DNA from: a virus
Lineage: Duplodnaviria; Caudoviricetes
Strand: one strand, 5' to 3'
Virus record (IMG/VR): IMGVR_UViG_3300024232_000003
Coordinates: 1 to 51,456 of that record
Length of the DNA: 51,456 nucleotides
A program made the translations under genes and the position numbers. Below the pieces are notes generated by a model. It did no database searches. It saw only the letters and a program-made list of their open reading frames with translations, and had not been told where the DNA came from. Below, one piece after another: positions 42,861 to 51,456 of this stretch (position 1 is its first letter; every line of letters begins with the position of its first letter).

Positions 42861-43350
42861 ATCCCCCCTTCTGGATCGTGTCAAGCCTGGCTTCCAATTC
42901 ATCGAGCCGGCTCACCACTCCTTCGAGCAGGCAGCCCATCGTCTGATTGCGTACCGGATTGGCTTGAGCAAATGAACATCCACGTTCGTGCTTGATGGCG
43001 CCCAACACATCGACCAACTCGATAACCTTGCCGCATCCCCGACAAGAGGCCGCTATTAGTGGAGGATTGTGGCCGGCTGCCCAGGCTTCGCCGGCCTTCT
43101 GCACAGCGGCCTCCACGGCCTGGGCACCACGCTCTTTCTCGGTAGCGAGGGCTCTCTCGTTGTATTTGTTCACCTCAGCCCACACCTTGTAGCTGGATTC
43201 GTACTTAGTCTCGGCCTCATTGAGGGCGATCTGCCACTCGGCGGCCTGCTGGGTGAGCTGCTTAGCCAATTGGTCATGAATCTCATCCAGGCTGCTCGCC
43301 GTGGTTATCTGGCCGCACACTTCGGCCACTCGCTCCGCTACCGTCTTCAT
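42859..43350 (-). CDS. Coiled-coil protein with C-terminal CxxC..HxxxC
   Basis: Start MKTVAE at 43350; GGGGGA RBS. Confidence 0.65.
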   Translation of the reverse strand: MKTVAERVAEVCGQITTASSLDEIHDQLAKQLTQQAAEWQIALNEAETKYESSYKVWAEVNKYNERALATEKERGAQAVEAAVQKAGEAWAAGHNPPLIAASCRGCGKVIELVDVLGAIKHERGCSFAQANPVRNQTMGCLLEGVVSRLDELEARLDTIQKGG

Positions 43351-43361
43351 GCTTCCCCCTG

Positions 43362-43751
43362 TTAAATCCCCAAGGCCCTGCGAATCAACGCAAAGACTTC
43401 CCCTGACTTGACTTGATCCGTTGTCACTCGAATCACGACCCAGCCCAAAAGGGCCGCTTCGTTGTATTTCTCCATGTCGCGCAGGAACCGGCTCATGCCG
43501 CGGTGACCGCCCTCCTTCATGAAGACGCCGCCTTCGATCTCCAGGGCCACTTTCCTGCAAGGAATGGCCCAGTCGAACCGCCAATTCCTGTGTGGATGGA
43601 ACTTCCACTCAGGAACCGGCTCAGGAAGCCCCTGGGCCTTGCACGCGGCCAGAAACAGGCTTCTGGCCTGCTGAACGTCCACGGAGGCCCCCTTGGCCCG
43701 TTTACGGCCCTTCATGGCCCGTATCTCCTCGGCCGAATACTCTTCCTTCAT
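43362..43751 (-). CDS. PD-(D/E)xK endonuclease (Vsr/DUF559-like, putative resolvase)
   Basis: EWKFHPHRNWRFDWA...VALEIEGG...DMEKYNEA..GWVVIR. Confidence 0.8.
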   Translation of the reverse strand: MKEEYSAEEIRAMKGRKRAKGASVDVQQARSLFLAACKAQGLPEPVPEWKFHPHRNWRFDWAIPCRKVALEIEGGVFMKEGGHRGMSRFLRDMEKYNEAALLGWVVIRVTTDQVKSGEVFALIRRALGI

Positions 43752-43893
43752 GGCTCTCCCCTTTCAGGGCCTGGTACACTGTTTCCCTCGCACACCCCAA
43801 CCGGGCCGCTATGGCCGTGTTGCTCATGCCCTGGGCCTTCAGCTCACGCACACGGGCCCGATCCACGGCCGGGCCCCGAGTCGGCTTGTTCAT
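43702..43893 (-). CDS. Small HTH DNA-binding protein
   Basis: GMSNTAIAARLGCARETVYQAL. Confidence 0.75.
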   Translation of the reverse strand: MNKPTRGPAVDRARVRELKAQGMSNTAIAARLGCARETVYQALKGESHEGRVFGRGDTGHEGP

Positions 43894-44233
43894 GTCGTTT
43901 CCTTTCTGGTATCTCGCTGTACTTCGGAAGGGCCAAGATCATGTTCAGCCAGGCCAACAGGGCCTCGCCGGACTCGAACTTCTCACGCTTGGCTACGATT
44001 TCCAGCCAGCGGCCCCGGCATCTTGGATCGTTGCCATGGCGATCATGGCAGCTATTTCCCATGAAGGCCGGGCATACCCCGCACAGGGCCTCGGGGATGT
44101 CCAGCCGCTTCGAGCCACCGGTTCCGCGGCCGATGATGTGGTGAGGATCACGGCGAGGGAGCCAGAGGCCGCACCACTCGCACTTGCCGGGGCCTCGGAA
44201 GGCATCCAGGGCCTTCTTGTCCTTGCGGGTCAT
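43844..44233 (-). CDS. HNH-like nuclease (CxxC..DPHH..GRG.GG..C..CH)
   Basis: Motif; start 44233 by ATGA coupling. Confidence 0.65.
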   Translation of the reverse strand: MTRKDKKALDAFRGPGKCEWCGLWLPRRDPHHIIGRGTGGSKRLDIPEALCGVCPAFMGNSCHDRHGNDPRCRGRWLEIVAKREKFESGEALLAWLNMILALPKYSEIPERKRHEQADSGPGRGSGPCA

Positions 44234-44541
44234 GACTCCTGCCTTCGGCCCTTCTTGGGCTCCTCGAATAACTCCTTGGCCTCCGGCTTCTTGGTGGCCT
44301 TGTCGAACTCCTCTTGGAACGTGGTCATGGCCGCGTCGTACATGGCCCCAAGCTTGGCCCGCACCCGCGGCTTGATCCATCTTTGGAACAAGGTGATCTG
44401 GGCCCCTGTGCGGCTTTCCGTCCAGGCGTCGAGCACCATGCCCATGATCTCGTGTTCGTGCTCGTCGATGGTCTCTTCGCGTGACTTAGGCATCGGCGGC
44501 CTTCTTTGAGCGGAACTGTGTGCTGTCGGGGCAGTCAACAA
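44230..44541 (-). CDS. Hypothetical protein
   Basis: Probable start MPKSREE (~44493). Confidence 0.6.
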   Translation of the reverse strand: MLTAPTAHSSAQRRPPMPKSREETIDEHEHEIMGMVLDAWTESRTGAQITLFQRWIKPRVRAKLGAMYDAAMTTFQEEFDKATKKPEAKELFEEPKKGRRQES

Positions 44542-45025
44542 AATGGCTCAGGTATAACTCGGCCCCTTCAGGAGCCGGGTTCTTGGCCGACACGTACACG
44601 GCCACCCCGTCCCGCAGGAAGATATTCCCCGTGGGGCTCGGGTGCTCTTGCAGGGGGATCTGCTTCCCCTTCTCCGTGGTGGCGAACCACATCCTTTTCC
44701 CGCACTTGCAGGTCGTGATCTCGCGGGTAGGCGATTCTTTTGTCATGGCTTCTTCCAACCTTTCCTTTCTGGCCTCTTGGGTTCGTAACTCAGGACACGT
44801 TCGTAGATGCTGCGTATACCGCTGGTCAGGCCCCAGGACGAGGCCCAGCAGCTCGTTGACAGGTGACTGGACGAAGCCAGCTATGATCGTCACCTCGCCG
44901 CCCTGGACCGGCTCAGGGTCGACGGGAATGTAGGTTCCTGACACTCCTCTTACCCACACAACCTCGGCCCCGCAGACGTTGCACCGATCAGACTGGGTGT
45001 GTGGGTATTCATCGAGTGGCTTCAT
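44486..45025 (-). CDS. Tandem zinc-finger domain protein
   Basis: Two C..CG..W...G..IP...Y..H..CP units. Confidence 0.7.
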   Translation of the reverse strand: MKPLDEYPHTQSDRCNVCGAEVVWVRGVSGTYIPVDPEPVQGGEVTIIAGFVQSPVNELLGLVLGPDQRYTQHLRTCPELRTQEARKERLEEAMTKESPTREITTCKCGKRMWFATTEKGKQIPLQEHPSPTGNIFLRDGVAVYVSAKNPAPEGAELYLSHFVDCPDSTQFRSKKAADA

Positions 45026-45195
45026 GCTGAGTCCTTCAGATGATGGTTAGTGAACTCGGCAGGCTCGGGGCCGTCATACCTCATGCCTTGCGGCACGCTA
45101 CACTTGGGGCAATTGTGTGCGCCTTTGCCCTCTCCATCGGCCGGCCTCTCGTGCTCCCAGACGCATCCGCACTCATCGCACTTGTGCTTGTGCAT
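45022..45195 (-). CDS. 57-aa His/Cys zinc-ribbon protein
   Basis: MHKHKCDECGCVWEH...AHNCPKC; TAATG coupling. Confidence 0.6.
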   Translation of the reverse strand: MHKHKCDECGCVWEHERPADGEGKGAHNCPKCSVPQGMRYDGPEPAEFTNHHLKDSA

Positions 45196-45497
45196 TAGCC
45201 CGGCTCCTTTTCCTTCTTCGAGGCCGACAGCTTCTCTTTGGCCAGTCGGATCAACTCCACGCCGTCTGGCGTCGTGTAGGTCTTGAGCTTCTCGACCTTC
45301 ATGCGGGCCAGGATCTCCTCCCGCATGCCCTCCAGCTCCTTGCCGAGGCCCTGCCACTCGCGGAGCCTGGCATAATATGCCTCTCCTTGGCGGTCGAGCG
45401 CCTTCGAGTTAGCCGGGGCCATCCCCGGCAAAAAGCCCTTCTTCTTCCCATTCCGGCCTGGCTTCTTCTCGGTCGTTTCCTTCACTTCTTCCGCCAT
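45195..45497 (-). CDS. Hypothetical basic protein
   Basis: GGGAG RBS. Confidence 0.7.
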   Translation of the reverse strand: MAEEVKETTEKKPGRNGKKKGFLPGMAPANSKALDRQGEAYYARLREWQGLGKELEGMREEILARMKVEKLKTYTTPDGVELIRLAKEKLSASKKEKEPG

Positions 45498-47121
45498 CGT
45501 CGTCTCCCTTAACAGGTTGCACTAACCGCCCCAGCGGAACATCCGCGCAAGGCCGGTAAACGTCTTCAGGATCAATCGGCATCCACGGCCATGATCTGCT
45601 CGGCCATTGCCACCAGTTATCTTTGGCAAATATCACAAACGCCACGCGGAACGTCCGCTCGGGCTTGTACTTCCTGCTGGCCCAAAAGATCCTCGCCCAC
45701 TTCTTGGGGCCATCCCTGGCCTTCGAGATCGGCCTCGCCCGGTAGATGTCGCCCTTCATCAACCGGAGTTCGCCGTTCGTGCTCACCACGGGCCGCGCCT
45801 TGAGCCAGACGCCAGGCGTCCACCCGCAGCCCACGCAGCGGCCCGCTATGAGGATCCGAGCACACTCCGGGCAGCGGAATGGCTCGGCGTCTTTCTTGTC
45901 GCGGAGCCGATCGGCCCTGCGCTGGGCCAGGTAGCTTCCTGTATCGCTCAAGTTCCAGTGTCGGTCGGCGTTGAGGGAGCCCCAGCGCCACCAGTTTCCT
46001 CCGTGATCCTGTATTCGGACGAGTGAAACTTCAGGGTGACTTCGCAGAAGCCGGCCACCCGACTGAAGGTAAGTTTGCAAGGAGCCGAATATCGTTGCAA
46101 ATATCCCGTGAGATAGCCAAGGAGCGTCAATGCCTTCTCGAAGGACGAAACGGTTACAGAGAACGGCGATTCGTCCGTCGCGGGAGCCATCGAGAACTTC
46201 TCTTCTAAGCGTTGGCGTTGTTCTTTGAGGCTCATCCCATCCACTCCTCCAAATATTCGTTCCGTCCAGGTGGGCCGATGTGACCCCCTTGGCCGCGAAC
46301 TGTTGTGCAAACCAGTAAGACTCCTTGACGCCAGGGGCGAACAGAATCGTCGGCTCATGCTCCGGGTTGAGCTTCTCGAACCACTCCCACACGCGGCCGA
46401 ATATGCTGGGGGTCATGATCAAATCGCGGACCTGGCCCTCGGTTAGCTCGGCTCCGTCGTTGTCACAGTTGGCCAATGATTTTTTCAACTTCTTGAACGC
46501 CTTGAAGTCTGGCTCGTCCGGCCCGAAGTGGATGGCCTCCACCAGGGCCCCGCATGCCCGCAATTCGCTCGCCGTCCCAGACTGCACCAGCACGTCGTAA
46601 GCGTGGGCCAGGTCGATTGGCGTTGCGGTGAGGCCCACGATCTTGGCCCCGGCCTTGGCATACTTCGCCATGATGTCGAGGATCTCGCCGTTCGCATTGA
46701 GGTGGGCTTCGTCGATGATCACTCGCTGGAAGTCAGGCAGCTCGGCCTCTGCCGACATCTTCTTGGCCTTTCGCTTGGCGGCCCCTTGCGTCTGGATCGA
46801 GCAAATCTGCACGGCATGATGCTCGGCTCGCTCGCGGCCCGAGGCCATGACGCCATGATCTATGCCATACCCGTCCATCATCCGGCTCAACTGGGCCACC
46901 AGCAGGCGCCGGTTCGTGTAGATGCCCACCCGGAGGCCCCGGGCCACCCACAGGCGGATCAACTCGGCGGCCACCCAGGTCTTTCCTCCGCCCGTGGGGA
47001 TCGAGACGAGCACCCTGGAGTGAGTCTCCAGGGCCACTTCGCACTGCTGGACGGCGAATACTTGATGATCCCACGGGACAATGTCAGGTTCAGACATGGG
47101 CCCATTTCCTCCTAAGGACAA
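45409..47121 (-). CDS. Superfamily 2 (DEAH) DNA helicase with C-terminal zinc finger
   Basis: PTGGGKT, IIDEAH, GLTATP, EGIDAP, QSGGRLLR, DHGGN, CPEC..CVGCG. Confidence 0.92.
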   Translation of the reverse strand: MSLGGNGPMSEPDIVPWDHQVFAVQQCEVALETHSRVLVSIPTGGGKTWVAAELIRLWVARGLRVGIYTNRRLLVAQLSRMMDGYGIDHGVMASGRERAEHHAVQICSIQTQGAAKRKAKKMSAEAELPDFQRVIIDEAHLNANGEILDIMAKYAKAGAKIVGLTATPIDLAHAYDVLVQSGTASELRACGALVEAIHFGPDEPDFKAFKKLKKSLANCDNDGAELTEGQVRDLIMTPSIFGRVWEWFEKLNPEHEPTILFAPGVKESYWFAQQFAAKGVTSAHLDGTNIWRSGWDEPQRTTPTLRREVLDGSRDGRIAVLCNRFVLREGIDAPWLSHGIFATIFGSLQTYLQSGGRLLRSHPEVSLVRIQDHGGNWWRWGSLNADRHWNLSDTGSYLAQRRADRLRDKKDAEPFRCPECARILIAGRCVGCGWTPGVWLKARPVVSTNGELRLMKGDIYRARPISKARDGPKKWARIFWASRKYKPERTFRVAFVIFAKDNWWQWPSRSWPWMPIDPEDVYRPCADVPLGRLVQPVKGDDDGGRSEGNDREEARPEWEEEGLFAGDGPG

Positions 47122-47680
47122 TGTCGCTCACGTGGGCTTGGCATATTCCGTGCTTAAGAGCAATGGATCTCTGCGATATACCCATGTCGCTTTCTTTGCG
47201 AATGAGTCGAACCGTGTTAGCGTTCAGTTTTGCATTAGGATTCGTTTCTCCGCGCAAGGATGTTCCGTGAAAACCCATGTCAGAGGCATTCTCTTTGTGG
47301 GTTGACCATGACAGATTTTCAATCGAGTTGTTGCTGGGGCTTCTGTCAGGGAAGTGTCGACACTCCATGCCTTTCGGGCAAGGACCAACAAAAGCTTCAA
47401 GCACGAGGCGGTGGACATATCTCAAGAACCTCTCGTCTTTTCCTCTAAAAAGATCCACTCGCCTATGGCCATGCTTGTTGATAATGTTCGGTTTCTTAAT
47501 CCGCCACTTCACGAAGGGGCCTTTACCGTTTTTGGGACGACGCGACCACACGGACCCGTCGCTCCCTACGCGGTAGCCGGGGAATCCTTCGATGTCGCGG
47601 TACTCGACAGCTACTTCTACCCCTTCGGAGCCTTCTGCTTCGCTATCGTCTGATACCACGTCTTGAATCTCTTCTTCCAT
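47090..47680 (-). CDS. NUMOD4-HNH homing endonuclease with C-terminal HTH
   Basis: YRDIEGFPGYRVGSDG; VHRLVLEAFVGPCP..CRH..NNSIENL; GETNPNAKL; start uncertain. Confidence 0.85.
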   Translation of the reverse strand: MEEEIQDVVSDDSEAEGSEGVEVAVEYRDIEGFPGYRVGSDGSVWSRRPKNGKGPFVKWRIKKPNIINKHGHRRVDLFRGKDERFLRYVHRLVLEAFVGPCPKGMECRHFPDRSPSNNSIENLSWSTHKENASDMGFHGTSLRGETNPNAKLNANTVRLIRKESDMGISQRSIALKHGICQAHVSDIVLRRKWAHV

Positions 47681-48489
47681 TCGACAAGCTCCTTGCGAAG
47701 GGCATCGGCCTCTTTGGAATTGTTGGCCTTGTACGGCTTGCCCAGGTAGTCCGGCATCAGCATCATCTTGGCGAACGTGGACTCGAAGGCCTGCCAGTCG
47801 AACATGACCTGGCCGTTCTTGGGGTTGGTGCGGGCCTCTTTCTTGTCCCGCTTGATCTGGTCGGTGTCGTCGCCGGGCATGCGCTCGCCCTTGGGAACCC
47901 ACGGAGTAGCGGGCTTCTGGCCGACGCGCTCGGCGCGGGATAACCTTTTGCTGCCATCCAGAGAAGTCACGAGGCCGCCCTTGGGCTCTACTGAATCCCC
48001 CGATTCAGTAAGAGCTTTTAGGTCTCTCATTACCTGCCCTTGGCTCACTCCTTCCTTCTTTGCAATCGCCCGCGTGCTTTCACCAGCCTGTCTCATTTCG
48101 GCCACCCGCTCGCGTCGGAACTCGGCAAGCTTGGCCATCGCCTCTTCCGTCATGTTGCGCCGCCCCTTCTGGTGTCGGAGCATCCACTCCAAGGCATGGT
48201 TGCGACCCTCAGGAGTGTTCGGGAAGCTCTTGAAGTCCGGCTTCCAGGAAATCTTCTTGGCTGTCGCTATCTCGATGCGATTGTGGCCGTCGAGGATGAT
48301 TCGTGTTTCTTTCCAAATGGTAATCGGATCGGTTACTCGTCCTGCTTCGACGATCTCCTCCTCAAGAATGCTTCGTACCTTCGGCTCCAAGTCCGGCAAA
48401 AACTTCCTAAACTCCGGGTCGATGAAGACCGGATCTCCGCCAGCCAACTTGTAAGCGACGCCGCCTTCAGGGCATTTGATCTTCGCCAT
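47617..48489 (-). CDS. ParB/Srx-like N-terminal domain plus HTH protein
   Basis: IDPEF...DPITIW...ILDGHNR...GRRN; STRAIAKKEGVSQGQVMRDL. Confidence 0.8.
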   Translation of the reverse strand: MAKIKCPEGGVAYKLAGGDPVFIDPEFRKFLPDLEPKVRSILEEEIVEAGRVTDPITIWKETRIILDGHNRIEIATAKKISWKPDFKSFPNTPEGRNHALEWMLRHQKGRRNMTEEAMAKLAEFRRERVAEMRQAGESTRAIAKKEGVSQGQVMRDLKALTESGDSVEPKGGLVTSLDGSKRLSRAERVGQKPATPWVPKGERMPGDDTDQIKRDKKEARTNPKNGQVMFDWQAFESTFAKMMLMPDYLGKPYKANNSKEADALRKELVEWKKRFKTWYQTIAKQKAPKG

Positions 48490-48853
48490 GTTTTCCTTTC
48501 GCAGGCCCCAGGTCGGCTATGACCTTGAGGATGGCCTGCTCTGTCGTGATAGACGAGGTGTGTGCGATACCCACGAAGGTATCGCAGTCTCGCCTTAGTT
48601 CGCGGGCCCGGATGGGCTCGTGGTTGGAGAATCGCAGCTTGTGGCAACGCCCTCCGTTGTGGACCGTGATGTACTTCGAGTACGAATGCCGGGCCTCATA
48701 GAGCGTTACCTTGTAGCCCCGGGCCAACATCGTGAGGCAGAACTGGATCCACTTAGCCCTTGGCTTGCCCTGAGCCCGGGCCTGCCTGTGATCGAGGAAC
48801 TCCCGAGTCACGGCCTGGCCCGAGGCTTTGTTGTCGTGCGGGTGACGCATCAA
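48467..48853 (-). CDS. Hypothetical protein (SKY...RFSNH motif)
   Basis: Coupled; motif. Confidence 0.6.
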   Translation of the reverse strand: MMRHPHDNKASGQAVTREFLDHRQARAQGKPRAKWIQFCLTMLARGYKVTLYEARHSYSKYITVHNGGRCHKLRFSNHEPIRARELRRDCDTFVGIAHTSSITTEQAILKVIADLGPAKGKHGEDQMP

Positions 48854-49149
48854 GGCTCCCGGGCCTTGAGCAGAGCGTCGGCTAAGATATAGGCCTCACC
48901 TGCCAATTGACTGGCATAGGTAGCGTCCGAGTCGTCTTGGTGCGGATTGTCGTCGAGCCCTGTCCTTTGGTTCTTGTTGGCGCTGGCGCATCGAGCCTCA
49001 TGGTCGTAACCTTCGATCAGGCCGACCAGGGCCTGCCCAGCGAACCAGTCTCGCAGGCTCATGCCGGAATACTGAACACCGATCATCTGAGTTCCATCCA
49101 GATCTCTCGTGGAGAATGGGAAAGCCGGCCCGCCATCGTTCTTGCTCAT
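48850..49149 (-). CDS. Phage protein, GGPAFP...GMSLRDWFA family
   Basis: Characteristic motif; start 49149. Confidence 0.8.
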   Translation of the reverse strand: MSKNDGGPAFPFSTRDLDGTQMIGVQYSGMSLRDWFAGQALVGLIEGYDHEARCASANKNQRTGLDDNPHQDDSDATYASQLAGEAYILADALLKAREP

Positions 49150-50045
49150 TAAAACCTCACACTTTCTTGCAGCCTGTAAATCAACGCCACACTGTCCAGA
49201 TGCCACTTCACGGGCCGCAGGTCGAGCCAGCGCTTAAGGATCTGGTACACGGCCCTCTTAGTCCCGTGCTCGTATCCCTTCAACTCTGGCAGCCACCCGT
49301 TCACCCGCTCTACGGCGGCCTCTTCGTCGATCGTTCCGTCGTGGACGTCGCCCTCCGTCGTGGCCAGCCTGTCGTTCCACTTTGCGACCTCGGCCCTGCT
49401 CTCGGGTGTTTCCACATTCTCATCCTCCTTCTTGATGTTGAACCCTTGTTTGATCTTTTCGTACTTGGCCAAGAACATTTCGACCTGAACTCGCAATGCG
49501 AGAGTGAAGTCGTCTGGGAAAACACGTTTAACTAAGGCTGGAGCGCCAACGCAGTAGCTGATGTAGTCGATCCATTTTCGGCCAGTCACGATCAAGAATC
49601 CGTGGCACTGACACAAGTGGCCTATCGGTATCTCGTTCTTCATTAAGGCCAATATCGCGTTGTTGCGGTCTCTGCACTTAAGCTCAATTCCGCCTTCCTC
49701 GCCTACTAAGCCATCGGGCGAACATCCTATGCGGCCCGTGTCGTCGATGCAGAATCCGACTTGCTGAACTTGGCAATCGTACTGTGCCTCGTACCAGCGG
49801 CGAGCTTCGTCTTCCGTCTTGCGGCCATACTCCACTGAGGCGTTGACTGGGCCTCCTTGGGATGTGAAATAGTTCGCAGAGGGGCAGGTGATGTCCGCGA
49901 TCAGGGAAGCGATGTACTTCTCCTGGCTGGCGCTTGCGATTCGCTTCTTGGGCTGCATGATCTGGTCAAAGCAAGAGGCCGTGGGATATCCTCTTCTCGC
50001 CTCGTACCATTCTGGCGTGCCTTGTACGCAGTCAATTATTTTCAT
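49149..50045 (-). CDS. YqaJ/lambda-exonuclease family recombination nuclease
   Basis: QGTPEWYEARRG..TAS; G..E..AR; GCSPDGLV...IELKC; Q..Q. Confidence 0.9.
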   Translation of the reverse strand: MKIIDCVQGTPEWYEARRGYPTASCFDQIMQPKKRIASASQEKYIASLIADITCPSANYFTSQGGPVNASVEYGRKTEDEARRWYEAQYDCQVQQVGFCIDDTGRIGCSPDGLVGEEGGIELKCRDRNNAILALMKNEIPIGHLCQCHGFLIVTGRKWIDYISYCVGAPALVKRVFPDDFTLALRVQVEMFLAKYEKIKQGFNIKKEDENVETPESRAEVAKWNDRLATTEGDVHDGTIDEEAAVERVNGWLPELKGYEHGTKRAVYQILKRWLDLRPVKWHLDSVALIYRLQESVRF

Positions 50046-50638
50046 GGCTTAACCTTCAATCTCCGGCGAGCCTCGCATTTGCGATGGCACGTCCTGCACG
50101 ACTTGACTCCATTTGTCCTCGTGTAAGTGTTCTCGGCGTCGTATTCGTGGCCTTGCGGACAGTGAGTAGGCGGGATTCTTGGACATGCCCTTTTGGCGTA
50201 ACTCTTTCTGCCATGATCTCTCTGGCACTGGCAGCAGACGCGAGAGCCGGCCTTGTTGATCCTGGTGTTGCTTGCATCGTAAGCGTGGCCAGACGGGCAA
50301 TGCGTCTTGGGCTTATTCTTGGCTCCGACGCTGTAGCTGTTTTCGGTCGTGTTGACTTTATGCGTAACTACTCTCAGATGATCTGCGTTGCAGCATGACC
50401 GAACGCGACACATATGGTCAATTTCCAAGCCGCTCGGGATGGGGCCATTCGTCTGCTCCCACACGTAGCGGTGTGCCAGCATGTGTTTGCCTTTGTAACT
50501 AATGCTTCCGTATCCACCCTTCTGAATTGATCCATACCACACATGGCACGGCCCTTTGAGCTTGGGGTTTGGGCATTCTGCGAACCTGTAAGCAATGACC
50601 GGCTCTGTTCCAGGTTTTCTTTGCCACCCCCTCTTCAT
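50042..50638 (-). CDS. HNH homing endonuclease with two THCP.GH.Y..NT repeats
   Basis: CHVW.G..GGYG...AHRYVW...IDHMCRVRSCCNADHL. Confidence 0.9.
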   Translation of the reverse strand: MKRGWQRKPGTEPVIAYRFAECPNPKLKGPCHVWYGSIQKGGYGSISYKGKHMLAHRYVWEQTNGPIPSGLEIDHMCRVRSCCNADHLRVVTHKVNTTENSYSVGAKNKPKTHCPSGHAYDASNTRINKAGSRVCCQCQRDHGRKSYAKRACPRIPPTHCPQGHEYDAENTYTRTNGVKSCRTCHRKCEARRRLKVKP

Positions 50639-50661
50639 GCCTTCTCTCCAAAGTCTGCGGG

Positions 50662-50847
50662 CTAGGTTATGCGGGCCTCGCGTTCCATGAGCCGGCGGAG
50701 CCGCTCCAGGTCCTTGCCCCTGACGACGAAGTATGCGTCCGTGCTGTAGTGGGCCGGATGAATGTGGGCCGTGGTGTCTCCTATGGCCACGCTGTAATTG
50801 GCCAGATTCACGTACTCGTTTCTTTTTGTGTCCGAGTTGTAGAAGGT
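50662..50847 (-). CDS. Hypothetical protein
   Basis: 3' part of ORF 50662..50928; true start probably MLWFTF near 50859. Confidence 0.4.
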   Translation of the reverse strand, partial: TFYNSDTKRNEYVNLANYSVAIGDTTAHIHPAHYSTDAYFVVRGKDLERLRRLMEREARIT

Positions 50848-50858
50848 AAACCAGAGCA

Positions 50859-51456
50859 TTACTTGGCCTCCGTAAAAGCAGCTATGCCATCCAGGGCCGC
50901 ACTGATCGCTCTCCATGCCGTGTTCCACACATCGGACGCTTCTTTCGATTTGAACTTCGGCGGCTCCATATTCTCGATCTGGAGTGACCAGGCTCTGAGC
51001 TTCTCTTTGTCCGGGGCCTGGAGCGACTTCCTCTCCGCCGCGGCCCGTTCCTTCTCCGCCTTGATCCGGGCCGCTTCCTGCTCCCTGGCCACCCGGGCTT
51101 GCTCGTTCTTGACGGCCGCTTCGGCCGCCATCTTCTTAGCTTCCTCGACTCGCTTCTCGTTGTAGATCCTGTCGGCCTCAGCCTTCTGCTTGCGCTGCTC
51201 CTCACGCAGGGCTTCGTCGCGGGCCTGGCGCTCGGCCAGCAACTGGGCCTGAGTCGCTTTCTCCCGTTCCTCTTCCTCGCGCCGGGCCAGGTCGAGACGG
51301 ATCTGGGCCTCACGCTGGAGGCGTTCGTTCTCCAGCCGGACCTTCTCTTGCTCGGCCCGCAGTTCGGCCTGTTGGCGGTTGAACTCGGCTTGCTGGGCCT
51401 CCATCGCTTTCTTGGCGGCCTCGATCTCCTCGCGCTGCTTGGCGAAGGCGGCCTCT
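50859..51456 (-). CDS. 3' part of origin-spanning coiled-coil protein
   Basis: E/A/R/K-rich heptads ending APDKEKL; in frame with 1..635. Confidence 0.8.
   Translation of the reverse strand, partial: EAAFAKQREEIEAAKKAMEAQQAEFNRQQAELRAEQEKVRLENERLQREAQIRLDLARREEEEREKATQAQLLAERQARDEALREEQRKQKAEADRIYNEKRVEEAKKMAAEAAVKNEQARVAREQEAARIKAEKERAAAERKSLQAPDKEKLRAWSLQIENMEPPKFKSKEASDVWNTAWRAISAALDGIAAFTEAK
51331..51456. repeat. Terminal direct repeat, copy 2
   Basis: Identical to 1-126. Confidence 0.97.

Noticed and set aside
1-51456. tRNA genes or stop-codon reassignment
   Set aside because: No cloverleaf with a T-loop consensus was seen by eye; TAA, TAG and TGA all end genes and core genes are intact in the standard code.

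Overview
This window is a complete, circularly assembled dsDNA tailed phage genome of about 51.33 kb: bases 1-126 repeat at 51331-51456, and one gene runs across the join. Organisation is podovirus-like. A long minus-strand late operon (~35.5 kb to 2.3 kb) encodes TerL, portal, scaffold, major capsid, adaptor, a putative lysis block, tail nozzle, ejection proteins, tail fibre and a 1864-aa internal virion protein. A minus-strand recombination/replication operon starts at a sigma70-like promoter near 2.0 kb and runs across the origin to ~38.5 kb (ERF, YqaJ exonuclease, ParB-like, SF2 helicase, nucleases). A short plus-strand early cluster lies at 35.9-38.5 kb. I recognise no integrase, DNA polymerase, primase or classical endolysin. 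The papain-like peptidase and the Pro-rich and Cys-rich secreted proteins suggest a Planctomycetota-type host (inference only). The most interesting signals are non-coding. (1) An exact 15-nt motif sits 11-12 nt upstream of the portal, major capsid and a tail gene, and an intergenic hairpin in the same late transcript carries its antisense copy, which suggests an sRNA/antisense system controlling virion gene translation. (2) Unrelated antisense homing-endonuclease genes share a promoter-hairpin-RBS leader. (3) A ~590-nt structured region with a counter-transcribed small RNA lies where a replication initiator would be expected. (4) The tail nozzle gene is split into three in-frame ORFs with a duplicated N-terminus. 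All protein calls are from motif recognition by eye; no database searches were run.
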